Shown one piece after another: positions 37,001-45,006 of a DNA stretch of 64,000 nucleotides (its first letter is position 1; every line of letters begins with the position of its first letter). This DNA is from a virus (Duplodnaviria > Caudoviricetes). Location: the IMG/VR virus record IMGVR_UViG_2881966637_000002, positions 1 through 64,000 of that record. The stretch is one strand, 5' to 3'. The position numbers and the translations under genes were made by a program. The notes under the pieces were generated by a model. That model did not search any database. It had not been told where the DNA came from and saw only the letters and a list, made by a program, of their open reading frames with translations.

Positions 37001-39812
37001 CAAGCTCCGCTGCAAGCGCGTTATTTGCTCGGTCAAGCGATTCGAGTAATCCGTCTGCCCCTGCGACAGCATCTGTTCCTGCTGCTGCAACAGATCGGGC
37101 AAGGTCGTCTGTAGCTTCCTGTAGCTCTCGACCCGTCTGGTCGCGTTGCTCCTCGACAACCGCTCGTTGTAGTTGAGCATCGAAATCAAGCTCGACCGCT
37201 GGTGGTTGGGGGTTAAGGCCCGAAACTGACGGGGCGACAGGGTTCGGGCGTGGTGCCGGGGTAGGGGTTGCATCTTGTATCGGGGTTTCGGCCAACAAAT
37301 CAATATCTTCGCCAACAACGGACTCGGTTTCCGGCGTTGTCTCTACCGGCTGTACCAGAGCTCGCAGGGCGTCGGCTACCGGCGTATACGATTCGGCGTA
37401 GTCCGGGTTAGTCAGCAGGCCGTCAGCCGCGTTCAGATACGCCTGGGCCAGTGTTTTAAGCTCGACTACAGCCGGGTTTTCTTTGCGGGCTTTCCGCTTT
37501 TTGCCTTCATTGCCCTGCTCGACAGCGGCATACGCTTGTCCAATACGCTCCAGAATGGTTTCGCCATCGCGGATCAAATTGGCCTCCGCGCTATTATCGG
37601 GACTGGTGTACCTTGCCGTGGGTAACGGCTTGGCCGGGTCCGCTACGGCCGTGGCAATCGCCAGGTGCTGCGATAGGTCGTCGGCCGGCTGTTCGTAGCT
37701 GTCCACCAGGTCCGTGCGCTGGGACGGCACGAAGGCTCCGGATTCATCCAGACCCAGGGGGGTGGTTATTTCTCCCCCCACCCGGTTCAGTTTTCGATAC
37801 ACCCGCTTGTTGCCGTTGGTCACGTACGCCTGTCCGCTGGGATCAATAGCGGTTAAACTGGGCTGGAACGTATCGGGATAAGACACGGCCCCGAACTCCC
37901 GGTCCAGACTGTCCAGCTTTTCGGCTACGTAACTGTTGATCTGCGTGCGGTCGGTGTCGGCCGCGTACAGTTCCAACGCCTGCGCCCGGACTTTTTCGGC
38001 TTCGGCCCGGCGCGTTTGCTGCCGGATTTCGGCCTGGTACCTGGGGCCTTCCGGTGTCTCGACAACGCCCCCCAGTTGCTGGGTCAGTTTGCGCTGGGCG
38101 AGCTCCGCTTTGGTGCGTTCCCCGAACGAGGCATCGGGGTTTTGTAGCACCTGCTCCAGCTCGCTCAGCGACTGGCGGGCCTGGTTTAACTCGGCATCAA
38201 GCGTACGGGACACGTTGTCGGATTCGCTGACCCGGAACATGGTGGCCCGGTCGGATTCCGAAAACATATCCACGTCGGCAAAATCAGCCGATACCCGTGC
38301 CATGCGGCCCACTTTCTGCACCAGATCGGTATGGGTATCGGCGTCGATCTCACCGGCTTGCAACTTGTGATCCAGTACCCCCAGCATCTTTAACCGGCCG
38401 GGCGTCGATGGGTCGTCCGACAGCATCGTATCCAGGTCAATACTTTTGCGCAAGCCGTCGCGGACGTTGGCCCCGACGTAGCCAAACACCATTTGGTTCG
38501 CGGGCTTGGTTTGCAGAAAGGTGCCGGGCAGGGTACCGACGAGTACGCCCAGCGTCATGCCGTAGATGCTGTTGAACGCATACCGCCCCCAGGACGGGTC
38601 TTTGAATCGGCCGGTACTGTCGGCCGACGCCAGGTTATTGTACAGCAATTTGGCCAGTGTCTCGGCGGTCGTTTGTAAAAACTCCTCACCGGCTTCGGGT
38701 AGTCCCTGCTCAACAAAACCCCGACCCACGCGGCTGGACAGTAGCTTGCCCATTGCGCCTAACGACTTCGGGTTTTCGATGATACCCAACGCGCCTTTCA
38801 CCGCTTGCTGACCGGCATCGACCAGCATGTCCTGTGTGAAGCCTTTGGGTAGGTTCTGCAACGCTTTGACCGCTTCGGACATAGCCGCTTCACGGACGGT
38901 GGCACGGGCCGCTTTGTCGGAGATACCCAGCGCACGGGTCAAATTACCCATGTTCGCTGTCTCAATCACCGCGTTGAGCCCGGCCACCGGAATCGCGAAC
39001 AGCGTGGCGTCCTGTACGTCCAGGCCCGCCCCTATCGCTTCGCGCTGATAGAGTGGAAATGTTTGCAGAAAGGAACTGGCCCCGGTCACCCGCGTCGCGA
39101 CTTTACCGGCCGTCGCCAGTTCCGACGTTAAAATGCCCCGCTCCGCAGCGGTAGCCGCTGTGCGCAACGCGGCCCGGCTCCCTATCGTCGCAACGGTACC
39201 AGCTCCGGCCGTGAGCAAACCGGGCAGGATATAGCTCATGAGCGTACCGGTGGTGCCGACCAAGTTCTTAAAATTAACGTCAAACTCCACCCCGTTTTCC
39301 TCACTGTACGAGGCTAACGGTTTCTGGTAGTCCTGAGAAACATAGGCTTTGTAGCCGGCGAACGTTTTCTCAATGCTTTTCTGGGTCCGCGTCCACTCCG
39401 GTTTGTCGATCAACCCCGTTAGCCCGGCTCCGGCCGTGGCGAGCTGGGGCACGGCTTCGGCCATATCCACGAACCCGTTGTATATCTGGCCGAAGAACGC
39501 GTTGCCTGCCGTCGAGCTGTTGTAGGCGGGTGCCGCTTCCTGCTGGGTGGGGAGCCGGTAGGCGTCGAGGTAGTTGCTACCGGCGTTGCCCCCTTCCACC
39601 TGATCGTTGAGGTACGCCAGTTTCTGAGCCAGCGTCGCCTTCGTGGCAAAATCACCCTCGCGGTGCGCCTTCTCCAGCCGCTGAATATCGGCGGTTGGGT
39701 TCAGGCCGTTTTTCCGCATCACCTGTTCGGTGCGGGCACTGATCTGGAACGTGGAGAGCTCAGGGTATAAATCCTGATCCAGCTTCACGGGTTTAGTGGG
39801 CTGTTTTCCCAT
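31014..39812 (-). CDS. Giant polyvalent virion/ejection protein (LPD23-like plus zincin-like motifs)
   Basis: 2932 aa. TGWFVGMDGLWR (~34960-34997), LHELQHAIQRYEGFASG...Y...AGEIEAR (~34380-34580), and a second degenerate HEFG zincin-like region (~34020). Hydrophobic N- and C-terminal segments. Confidence 0.8.
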   Translation of the reverse strand: MGKQPTKPVKLDQDLYPELSTFQISARTEQVMRKNGLNPTADIQRLEKAHREGDFATKATLAQKLAYLNDQVEGGNAGSNYLDAYRLPTQQEAAPAYNSSTAGNAFFGQIYNGFVDMAEAVPQLATAGAGLTGLIDKPEWTRTQKSIEKTFAGYKAYVSQDYQKPLASYSEENGVEFDVNFKNLVGTTGTLMSYILPGLLTAGAGTVATIGSRAALRTAATAAERGILTSELATAGKVATRVTGASSFLQTFPLYQREAIGAGLDVQDATLFAIPVAGLNAVIETANMGNLTRALGISDKAARATVREAAMSEAVKALQNLPKGFTQDMLVDAGQQAVKGALGIIENPKSLGAMGKLLSSRVGRGFVEQGLPEAGEEFLQTTAETLAKLLYNNLASADSTGRFKDPSWGRYAFNSIYGMTLGVLVGTLPGTFLQTKPANQMVFGYVGANVRDGLRKSIDLDTMLSDDPSTPGRLKMLGVLDHKLQAGEIDADTHTDLVQKVGRMARVSADFADVDMFSESDRATMFRVSESDNVSRTLDAELNQARQSLSELEQVLQNPDASFGERTKAELAQRKLTQQLGGVVETPEGPRYQAEIRQQTRRAEAEKVRAQALELYAADTDRTQINSYVAEKLDSLDREFGAVSYPDTFQPSLTAIDPSGQAYVTNGNKRVYRKLNRVGGEITTPLGLDESGAFVPSQRTDLVDSYEQPADDLSQHLAIATAVADPAKPLPTARYTSPDNSAEANLIRDGETILERIGQAYAAVEQGNEGKKRKARKENPAVVELKTLAQAYLNAADGLLTNPDYAESYTPVADALRALVQPVETTPETESVVGEDIDLLAETPIQDATPTPAPRPNPVAPSVSGLNPQPPAVELDFDAQLQRAVVEEQRDQTGRELQEATDDLARSVAAAGTDAVAGADGLLESLDRANNALAAELDQLGAGTEPRPADQSAVATGSGRTPKVRTSFAKTYQPVDLQSAILTFFATRGKINMADFDRVAGEAMRRGERGGNPYLNYLDPANRQPPLDTIGRAIADGLGLTDYDQQTVEQAIVDAVISFRKGNGPSVQLQQYAQDNTSAEDEAALADALDAMDDADRVMWEGQAVTDELVAVVSSEVDAYSDEVVDRLVEALISNGYIQEDGTFDAENFIADLPAIESGFLSIDPAGVELYARMRESLIFANRTVSPILDAARAQTQIEPAPVENGDADRSDADITPAPDAQLGYDTGSNDRPAEGPVAETPTATELASAVDSEILAEASSDVRTAEVSASYDIEGANLQKQRDALVRKRDKLVRDASNRVQTGDLFANDTINPPTAYRDRLAELRQKAQQTAESALNGIESLPGTNQSVRLESGQIVDVGVMQGGRFVSMGLDVADWMRNNADLVKRIANKQANNTDLVEKLSGAWIDRLAEFVDQRGKEKALEAITSAPEGFRLRSYFVSTPTIDIASYRPVAELEAWLDAQPKPASTKKQQGDLFAGDTSGVEAQDAAKQAIAQVDEQITAIDRAIAENNEQKIRAIEQAVIGDQAQTELFNIPSLDEVPRFSTIGPVADLTVDGIHGVSLAENLSIATAQYAQAGIPAGVTFATLQANPDWQAVAERVRIATGWFVGMDGLWRHRVSDQDVRLKNPQQVLDTMRSLPSGERTGAIPVSDLISIDKLLTLYPQLAEWHVIFERAQTQNTWGMVPQNLPLIILNATYYDALSRNATANDSLAGRPESDGNGGRTGDLEPNVPGWVGQLESVTLHELQHAIQRYEGFASGASIKQALDYLVDQGVLPETYRNTPTSQLPADVRAKVVDAYRSYAGEIEARDTQFNVGLSQDSLTQQQPYTNIGTPGISPTNAIVESRGGTQHSLASLLPKQRVDTPVEALAFQIGENLGVEVVTDPQQYNQAIADSNAQARVGNNKILAFRWQGKVYLSPDVDENTVMHEFGGLWAEVARTQYPDLFQQGVSLVRQSGYFTKLQANSYYKNLPVAEQEIEALETAIGDKGALFRLSDRKSKFSRWLDGLFAEIGNAIGLVSDQKLADVKLSNWAATVIDQINAGFDTSGIDTNPEAMQFSLGTIVTPDSLRQQAMQMYSEVPIEVSARLYYTPKMFWTKTDRDYIKKVAQETGFELVSPETMVWNRPKELFFARSGTLVKVDAYKIANAIKEGFDTAYNAEGYRGQLFRSAFSLRHLLNLETFTNFIDSSGGLLKELIHSVKRESADKAAYARVLLESAQIQATRLLAGYSLNTGNTADTVRTIEVNTYDYDETGAVIRRPVYLPVGVVMDIVGKSRSQFSSYGKADAVSEIAPEPVTLYEKNPEGGLRRTPRGAVYYDRENDKTHYILLSREDFNTLNDRFTKTGAQEEIDAFSSLATFFNNPDVTDLLEQEVNEANPAQPFERVNYYWPLTTFGSDQSAEQQSRGYAKKLEESRQLIARNGPSGAILATDPVQTMQTYFNAVSDVLENTKVVNNLNGLLDSIESDYEGSQKDQIKSYLSQERDRLQSYRREQAKNRDENRYNRWFDQIMKRYTQSVFSLSVSVPLKQAGSYFGAVGQGIIKDEFLRSGEAIGILFKTTAGAFKDFDAPSTVLANDKEQSGLTGRLTGLDTIERPYAEELLGYTFTDEEARKKQQRRFAVLLDRAFSSQTSFVDNPSFQDLGVNKQTLTQAQKVLGKFDEYTQEYGMGPMRKSDRAVFYAFVQAAKEQATSEGLALNSDAWWDRVADLTKAVTYKTNVMGQLSEKAPLQTSFNFINKILGLYGGQSIKIFNTLVDSMGTWLKTGKGTPEAEAALRQLASTVGYAVVLNAVYTAMVGVGVNLLLSILGGDEPDYEAVPQKIGFDIVRNITGIAPTFATAGIDYYISQQQGYRDNDLLEIPAADNLQTGIDAITSAGKLFSEEDEAKQKQIMDKLIYDLTEFGAKSTGFSSTATRLIRELATEDKDDIEEEQ

Positions 39813-41431
39813 TAGAACGTGGTGTCGGTATAAGGGGTGGGTATGGATGGGCTATCCCATTCGTCGTTGGCCCGTTTCTGGCCCTGCTGCGCTTTGATCA
39901 ATGCGTTGACAAAGTTGGGGTTGGTTGCTTCGTCCACGGCTCCGATAGGCACGAAGATCGTGGCCTGGCGGGTGGACGGGTTGTACACCCCGGTGCCGGC
40001 TTTGGTTGGCCCGAACCCGGTCCAGTTGTCAAACAAACCGGCTTTCCGGGCTTCAGTCGGGTCGTTGAACTGAACCGTTACCCGGCTGTAGCCCCGCGTA
40101 TCTCGGTTCAGTGCGCCTTTGGCCGGGTTCATGCTTTTGGGGTCGATGAACACCTTTGGCTCCACGGCCATGACCTGAAAGTTGAGTCCTTTCAGATTGA
40201 TCGGCTGAACGCCGTTCGCGTCAATAAACCCTTCCTGAATATTGCCTTTGGAAAAGCCGGTTTTGGTTTTCTGAATGCCGAGCTGCTTCAGCAAGACATC
40301 ACCCAATTCACCGAACAACGTAGCTCCCTGCAACTGGCCCACTTTGGACAGGTCAACTTTGGAAAACGGCAGCACCTTGCTGCCTTCCGCATCGGGATTG
40401 AGTCGGATTCGGTCGGCGGGTGCTGCCCCTTCGCCAAACAACTTATAGTCGTAGCCCTTGCCGTCCGCCGATTTGCCCGACAAGTCCTGGAGTCCCTTCG
40501 CGATTTTGATCTGGTTGAGTTGGTACGCCTGCCCTTTCAACGCCTGATCGGTTTTGAAGCCGGCCGCAGCGCGTCGGTTCGCGTCGAACGCCAGCCCCAA
40601 CCGCTGACCCTCCATACCCAGCCGCGCCTGGCTACGTTTATCGTCATTGACCGCCATTTGGTAGCGGCCCTGGTCCATCTGAAACTCGTAGGCTTTGGTA
40701 ATCGGGTCGGTTTTGTAATAGACCTGGGTGCCGGCGTGTTGACGTAAGTATTTATCGACGCCCATTTCCCGGCCGTATTTATCAACTAACCGGTTCAGCT
40801 TTTCATCCTCACCCACGGCTACCCGCTCCCACGGCAACCGGCCCGGCGCGTACTGGTCGCGAATTTCTTTTAAGTCGTCGTCTGGCTTGTAGCTGCCCCT
40901 AAACTTATAAACGTCGCTTTGCCCGGTCAGAAAGCCCTCCAGCTCTTTTTCGCCACTCCGGAAGTTTTTCAGATCGCCGTTGCCGACCAGGAACTCGGAT
41001 TTATTCGCGGCCTCCTGCGCGGCCAGCACGTTGCGCACATTCTCGGTAGCCTGCGCGTACCACGGCTGTTGCTGCAACCGACTCGCGGAATCAGCCTGCC
41101 ACGTAGGTAATTCGGCTTTGGCAAATGCCCGGAAATTGCCGTTGTACTCCGTGAGCAGTTTCCGGTACAACGCTTTTTCCTCGGCGTTTACATACGCTTG
41201 CAGCCGCTGCCGGTCTTTACCCAGAAACGGTAAGCTGCGGGCTTTCTGCAAAAACTGCTGGGTCAACGCTTCGCCCTGCTGCTCCTCGGCCAACTGCTGT
41301 TCGCTTTGCTGGTTGGCGATTGCGCCGACCTGAACGGCTTCCTGCCGGGCGGCTGAAGCCGCGCTCCAATTGGTAAACGGCGCGGTTACCGCCCCGATTA
41401 GATTTGCGTTACCCGATGCAACCGGAACCAT
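39812..41431 (-). CDS. Probable internal virion (ejection) protein
   Basis: 539 aa with Q/A-rich helical N-terminus, between two other cargo-like genes. Confidence 0.6.
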   Translation of the reverse strand: MVPVASGNANLIGAVTAPFTNWSAASAARQEAVQVGAIANQQSEQQLAEEQQGEALTQQFLQKARSLPFLGKDRQRLQAYVNAEEKALYRKLLTEYNGNFRAFAKAELPTWQADSASRLQQQPWYAQATENVRNVLAAQEAANKSEFLVGNGDLKNFRSGEKELEGFLTGQSDVYKFRGSYKPDDDLKEIRDQYAPGRLPWERVAVGEDEKLNRLVDKYGREMGVDKYLRQHAGTQVYYKTDPITKAYEFQMDQGRYQMAVNDDKRSQARLGMEGQRLGLAFDANRRAAAGFKTDQALKGQAYQLNQIKIAKGLQDLSGKSADGKGYDYKLFGEGAAPADRIRLNPDAEGSKVLPFSKVDLSKVGQLQGATLFGELGDVLLKQLGIQKTKTGFSKGNIQEGFIDANGVQPINLKGLNFQVMAVEPKVFIDPKSMNPAKGALNRDTRGYSRVTVQFNDPTEARKAGLFDNWTGFGPTKAGTGVYNPSTRQATIFVPIGAVDEATNPNFVNALIKAQQGQKRANDEWDSPSIPTPYTDTTF

Positions 41432-41460
41432 AGTATGCGATAAATAAGGTAAAAAACGTA

Positions 41461-44400
41461 TTATGCCCCCAATGCGTAGGCCCGTTCCCGAACCCGACGC
41501 CGTAACGCGGCTCTGGTCGCGGCCGTTTCGCTGGCCTGCTGAATCTGGTTCTCGGTCAACGCGTCGTACAGTGGAGCGTTCTGCTCAAAAATTCGCCTGT
41601 TCTCGGCGTTCTGCAACGTAGCCGATACCAGGCCCGCTCCGATTTGCTGACGGGCCGCATCCCGGTTGATACCTTCCCGCTGGATCGCGCTTTCCATTGC
41701 CGCCGTCTGACCTGTAACGGCCCCAAACAACGCAAAGTTACGTTCGCGACGGGCATTATCCTCGGCCAGCACCTGCTGAGTCGCGTTGTTGCGCTGCAAG
41801 CCGATGTTGGTCAACCCCGCCAGCGTAACACCGGGCGATGCCCCACCCCCGGTCAGCCGGCTTAGTGTGTTGACGCCCTCGGCGTAGTTATTGGCGATGT
41901 TGGTGTTGGCGGTTGCCCGCTCGATAGCACTGAGCCCGGTTCCTTTTCGGTTCGTCACCTCACCGACGTAATCCATCCATCGGTCGGGTACGGTGGGCAT
42001 GGCTACCGGTTTGGACGCCAACGATACGCCCGTAGCGATGCGGGCCGCGTCACCAACACTGTTGAGTAATGTACCCGCCTTTCCTTTCTTTGTCGCGGCA
42101 CTACCTGTTTCGTCACTACCCGTTTGAGACGTACGGCGACCCAGTTCTGCATTCAGGCCAGCAATTTGCGTCGCGAACGGATTGGCCGCATTGTCCAGGA
42201 TCGACATAACCCGCTCGTTGGTAACGGACGGTGAGGTGATCGGGGCCGGGGTTTTTATAGCCGTCCGGGGGTCGGTCAGGGAAATGGTCTGGCCCGGCTG
42301 TAGCTGGTCGGGATTGCCAATGCCGTTGTTCCGCATCAGGTCCAGGGTCAGCAAGCCGGTACGGGCCGCAATATTGTCCAGGGTATCGCCGGGCTGCACC
42401 GTGTACTGACCAGCGACCGCTGTTACCGGTGGCATGGTCGCGGGATCGGTCGTAACCGTGGCGTAGGTACCCGTCATTTTTCGCGTTGTCGTCTTTTGGC
42501 TCGTTGCTTTGGGAGCCGGTTTACGTTTGGCCGGTCCACCGGTAGCGTACATAGGTAAGCCGGCCGGCACGAAGTCGCGACCCGGCGCACCAAACGCCCC
42601 GATCTGACCCATTGAGGCCCGGTACTGGCTGGACAGTTCGTTGCCGCGCTGGGCCGCAACCTGACGGTAGGCGATCCGGCGTGGCCGGCTGAACAGACGG
42701 GCAAAGAAGCCTAAGTTTGGCTGCTCCACCTGCGGAAACATTGTTTCAATCCGGAACGGGGCCGGTAACGGTGGGGGCACCAGGCCACCCCCGGCAAACA
42801 GCTTGCTGCCATCGACCGGCTGCTCGCTGAGCTGTTCAAACAGCAACGCGCCGAGCGCATATTTCTTTTGTCGGGGACTGACCTCGCTCGTCATGATATG
42901 GCCTGCTGACAGGGTTTTGTCCTGGGGTAAAATGTATTCGCCAATCCGCATTTCGCCAAACTTTTCTCCGGTGCCTTTGACCGAAATGATCAGATCCTCG
43001 GTCGGGTCGTTTTTGCCGTACACCTTGTAGTCTTTCGGCCGGGGTACGGAGCCCGCTACTCCCCCGTACTTATACAGGATAGCCGGACCACCGGCCGCAT
43101 AGGTCCGGGGTGGCGTTATGCGCTTGCCCGTTTTAGGGTCGTAGTATATTCGCCCTTTTATTTCATAGGGCTTGCCAACAAAGTTCTCAACTTTGATTTT
43201 CGACCAATCCTGGCCCGGTATAAGCTGTGGTTCCAAATCCCACCAGTCCCGATAGTTGATATAGTTGCCATTGGCATCTTTCCCTTTGGCAACCGTATAG
43301 TTGCCCATAACCTCCCCTATATCATAGTTAACCCAACGATCTTCACCGTCTACGTTTCGATAATCGGCCGCTTTATATTCTACCGGGCCGTTCGGCGTTT
43401 TGATGTCCTGTCCAGCTCGTAGCTTGTTGACGTCCACCCGAAGGGCGGACCGCAGTATATCTTTCTCAATGTCGTTGTGAAGCCGGTATCCGCCCCCTGC
43501 CGTTGGTCGCAGCGCATCCCCTTGTGGCTTCATACCCAAATAAACCCGCCAGGCGTCATTTTTATTGAGTACCGATTTTTCTCCGATCGGTGCGTTGCTG
43601 GCTAGTTCAGCTTGCAAGTACCCGTCATACTCTTTTCTGGCATCGCCGGTTTGCTTGGTAAAATCGTACCCTACAGGATTTACGAATTTATACGCCAGCT
43701 TTTCAGCCAGGCCGGGCGTAAAGGGTTTATTGGCATCTTCCCGTTGAGCCGCTGACACCCGTTGCTGGTGGTGACGCATGGAGGTAGTCAGATCCAGGGT
43801 GCCAGCCAGTTCGGTTACCAGTTTAGGCGCGTCGAGCAAGGCGTTTTTCGCCCGATTCAGTGACCAGCCTGGCTTGATCGGTCCGCCCGTAGCGTAGCTG
43901 AAGTAAGACGTTGCTTTGGGTCGTTTGACGCCAAACAACAAATTATCCATCGCACCCAGATACGAGGGCTGTTCGGTCAGGGTAATAGCCCCGGCTGCAC
44001 CGGGCAACGCCGGCAGGGCGGAGTTCATAGCCGTGCTTGTACCCAGTTGCGCCGGGGCATTGGGCGTAACGGCTGGCGGGGTTGGCACGGGTGTTTTGTC
44101 CGCTGTACCGTTGGGTATAAAGTTAGCTGCCAGCCCGCCGACCTGCGACCCTATGGCTGACAGCCCGACTCCCTGCGCCATCGCGTTTTCCGCGTTTTCG
44201 TAGCTGTCGGTAAAGCCTTCACCCGGCATGTTCAGATCGAGTTGCCGATTCACCACCGCCCGGCCCAGCTCACCCCCGGCCTGTCCCAACCCCTGAATGC
44301 CGGTCACCGCCCCCACCACGCTGCCGGCTGCGGACGTAATGGCGGGTAGCGCGGTGGACACGACCTTACCAAAACCGGTCAGTTTGCCATACCGGTTGAA

Positions 44401-44475
44401 ATACATATTACCGCCACCGTACACCGGAGGCCGGTAGTAGGCGGTGCTGGGCAGGGTGGTGTCGTACAGTGCCAT
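41461..44475 (-). CDS. Cargo/ejection protein with LysM domain and repeated [YF]xxGG motifs
   Basis: LysM YTVQPGDTLDNIAARTG...NGIGNPDQLQPGQTISL (~42277-42405). Gly/Ala hydrophobic N-terminus, EYIL motif, five GG motifs. Confidence 0.75.
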   Translation of the reverse strand: MALYDTTLPSTAYYRPPVYGGGNMYFNRYGKLTGFGKVVSTALPAITSAAGSVVGAVTGIQGLGQAGGELGRAVVNRQLDLNMPGEGFTDSYENAENAMAQGVGLSAIGSQVGGLAANFIPNGTADKTPVPTPPAVTPNAPAQLGTSTAMNSALPALPGAAGAITLTEQPSYLGAMDNLLFGVKRPKATSYFSYATGGPIKPGWSLNRAKNALLDAPKLVTELAGTLDLTTSMRHHQQRVSAAQREDANKPFTPGLAEKLAYKFVNPVGYDFTKQTGDARKEYDGYLQAELASNAPIGEKSVLNKNDAWRVYLGMKPQGDALRPTAGGGYRLHNDIEKDILRSALRVDVNKLRAGQDIKTPNGPVEYKAADYRNVDGEDRWVNYDIGEVMGNYTVAKGKDANGNYINYRDWWDLEPQLIPGQDWSKIKVENFVGKPYEIKGRIYYDPKTGKRITPPRTYAAGGPAILYKYGGVAGSVPRPKDYKVYGKNDPTEDLIISVKGTGEKFGEMRIGEYILPQDKTLSAGHIMTSEVSPRQKKYALGALLFEQLSEQPVDGSKLFAGGGLVPPPLPAPFRIETMFPQVEQPNLGFFARLFSRPRRIAYRQVAAQRGNELSSQYRASMGQIGAFGAPGRDFVPAGLPMYATGGPAKRKPAPKATSQKTTTRKMTGTYATVTTDPATMPPVTAVAGQYTVQPGDTLDNIAARTGLLTLDLMRNNGIGNPDQLQPGQTISLTDPRTAIKTPAPITSPSVTNERVMSILDNAANPFATQIAGLNAELGRRTSQTGSDETGSAATKKGKAGTLLNSVGDAARIATGVSLASKPVAMPTVPDRWMDYVGEVTNRKGTGLSAIERATANTNIANNYAEGVNTLSRLTGGGASPGVTLAGLTNIGLQRNNATQQVLAEDNARRERNFALFGAVTGQTAAMESAIQREGINRDAARQQIGAGLVSATLQNAENRRIFEQNAPLYDALTENQIQQASETAATRAALRRRVRERAYALGA

Positions 44476-44855
44476 TATGGTCGGAATGCTAAGTAGATAC
44501 AGAGGGAGTTGATCAGCACATGAAACGCGTTGTCAATAATGATCATGAGCCATACCGACATCCAAACTGGCTTGTCCGCGTCGTAGCCCATATTTGTGCT
44601 TGACCAGTTCCAGTTCACGAGCTTGATCCAGTACACGGCCAGCCGGTAGCGGTCGATGAGTACGTGACTACCCCACACAATCAACCACCAGCCCGACCAG
44701 CAAACCAGCAGGAACGGCAGCGCATATATCGTTGCGTGCAAAGCAGCCACCAGCAGCGACCTTGTTTTTTCTCTAGCCATAAAGTCATTTTGCAGTAGGT
44801 AGTCCCCCACAAAATGAAGCAGCAGGCCGATGTACAAGGCAAGTTCCAGTGTCAT
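44475..44855 (-). CDS. DUF3307 family membrane protein
   Basis: LHFVGDYLLQ, LHATIY, SHVLIDRY, DNAFH. Confidence 0.85.
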   Translation of the reverse strand: MTLELALYIGLLLHFVGDYLLQNDFMAREKTRSLLVAALHATIYALPFLLVCWSGWWLIVWGSHVLIDRYRLAVYWIKLVNWNWSSTNMGYDADKPVWMSVWLMIIIDNAFHVLINSLCIYLAFRP

Positions 44856-44977
44856 GGTTTGGTCGGGTCTGTGGGTAACTGAGTAGATTTGCCGTTGTCG
44901 CGTCGAGCTACCCAGTAAATGAATCCGGTCAGCAACAGAATGATGCCAATACTATATACAATGTTGAACACAAGCAT
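44852..44977 (-). CDS. 41-aa single-TM protein (not in the ORF track)
   Basis: MLVFNIVYSIGIILLLTGFIYWVARRDNGKSTQLPTDPTKP*. ATGA overlap with the DUF3307 start. Confidence 0.6.
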   Translation of the reverse strand: MLVFNIVYSIGIILLLTGFIYWVARRDNGKSTQLPTDPTKP

Positions 44978-45006
44978 AAAAATAGTGTATTAATATGTTT
45001 TTTCAC

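Noticed and set aside
31014-39812. Calling the 2932-aa protein a virion RNA polymerase by analogy with crAssphage
   Set aside because: No catalytic aspartate triad motif found. Recognisable motifs are polyvalent-protein types.
24163-41463. 20-bp inverted match as an invertible-segment boundary
   Set aside because: No recombinase in the window, inversion would disrupt the late operons, and the sequence belongs to a wider motif family. Retained only as a regulatory motif.
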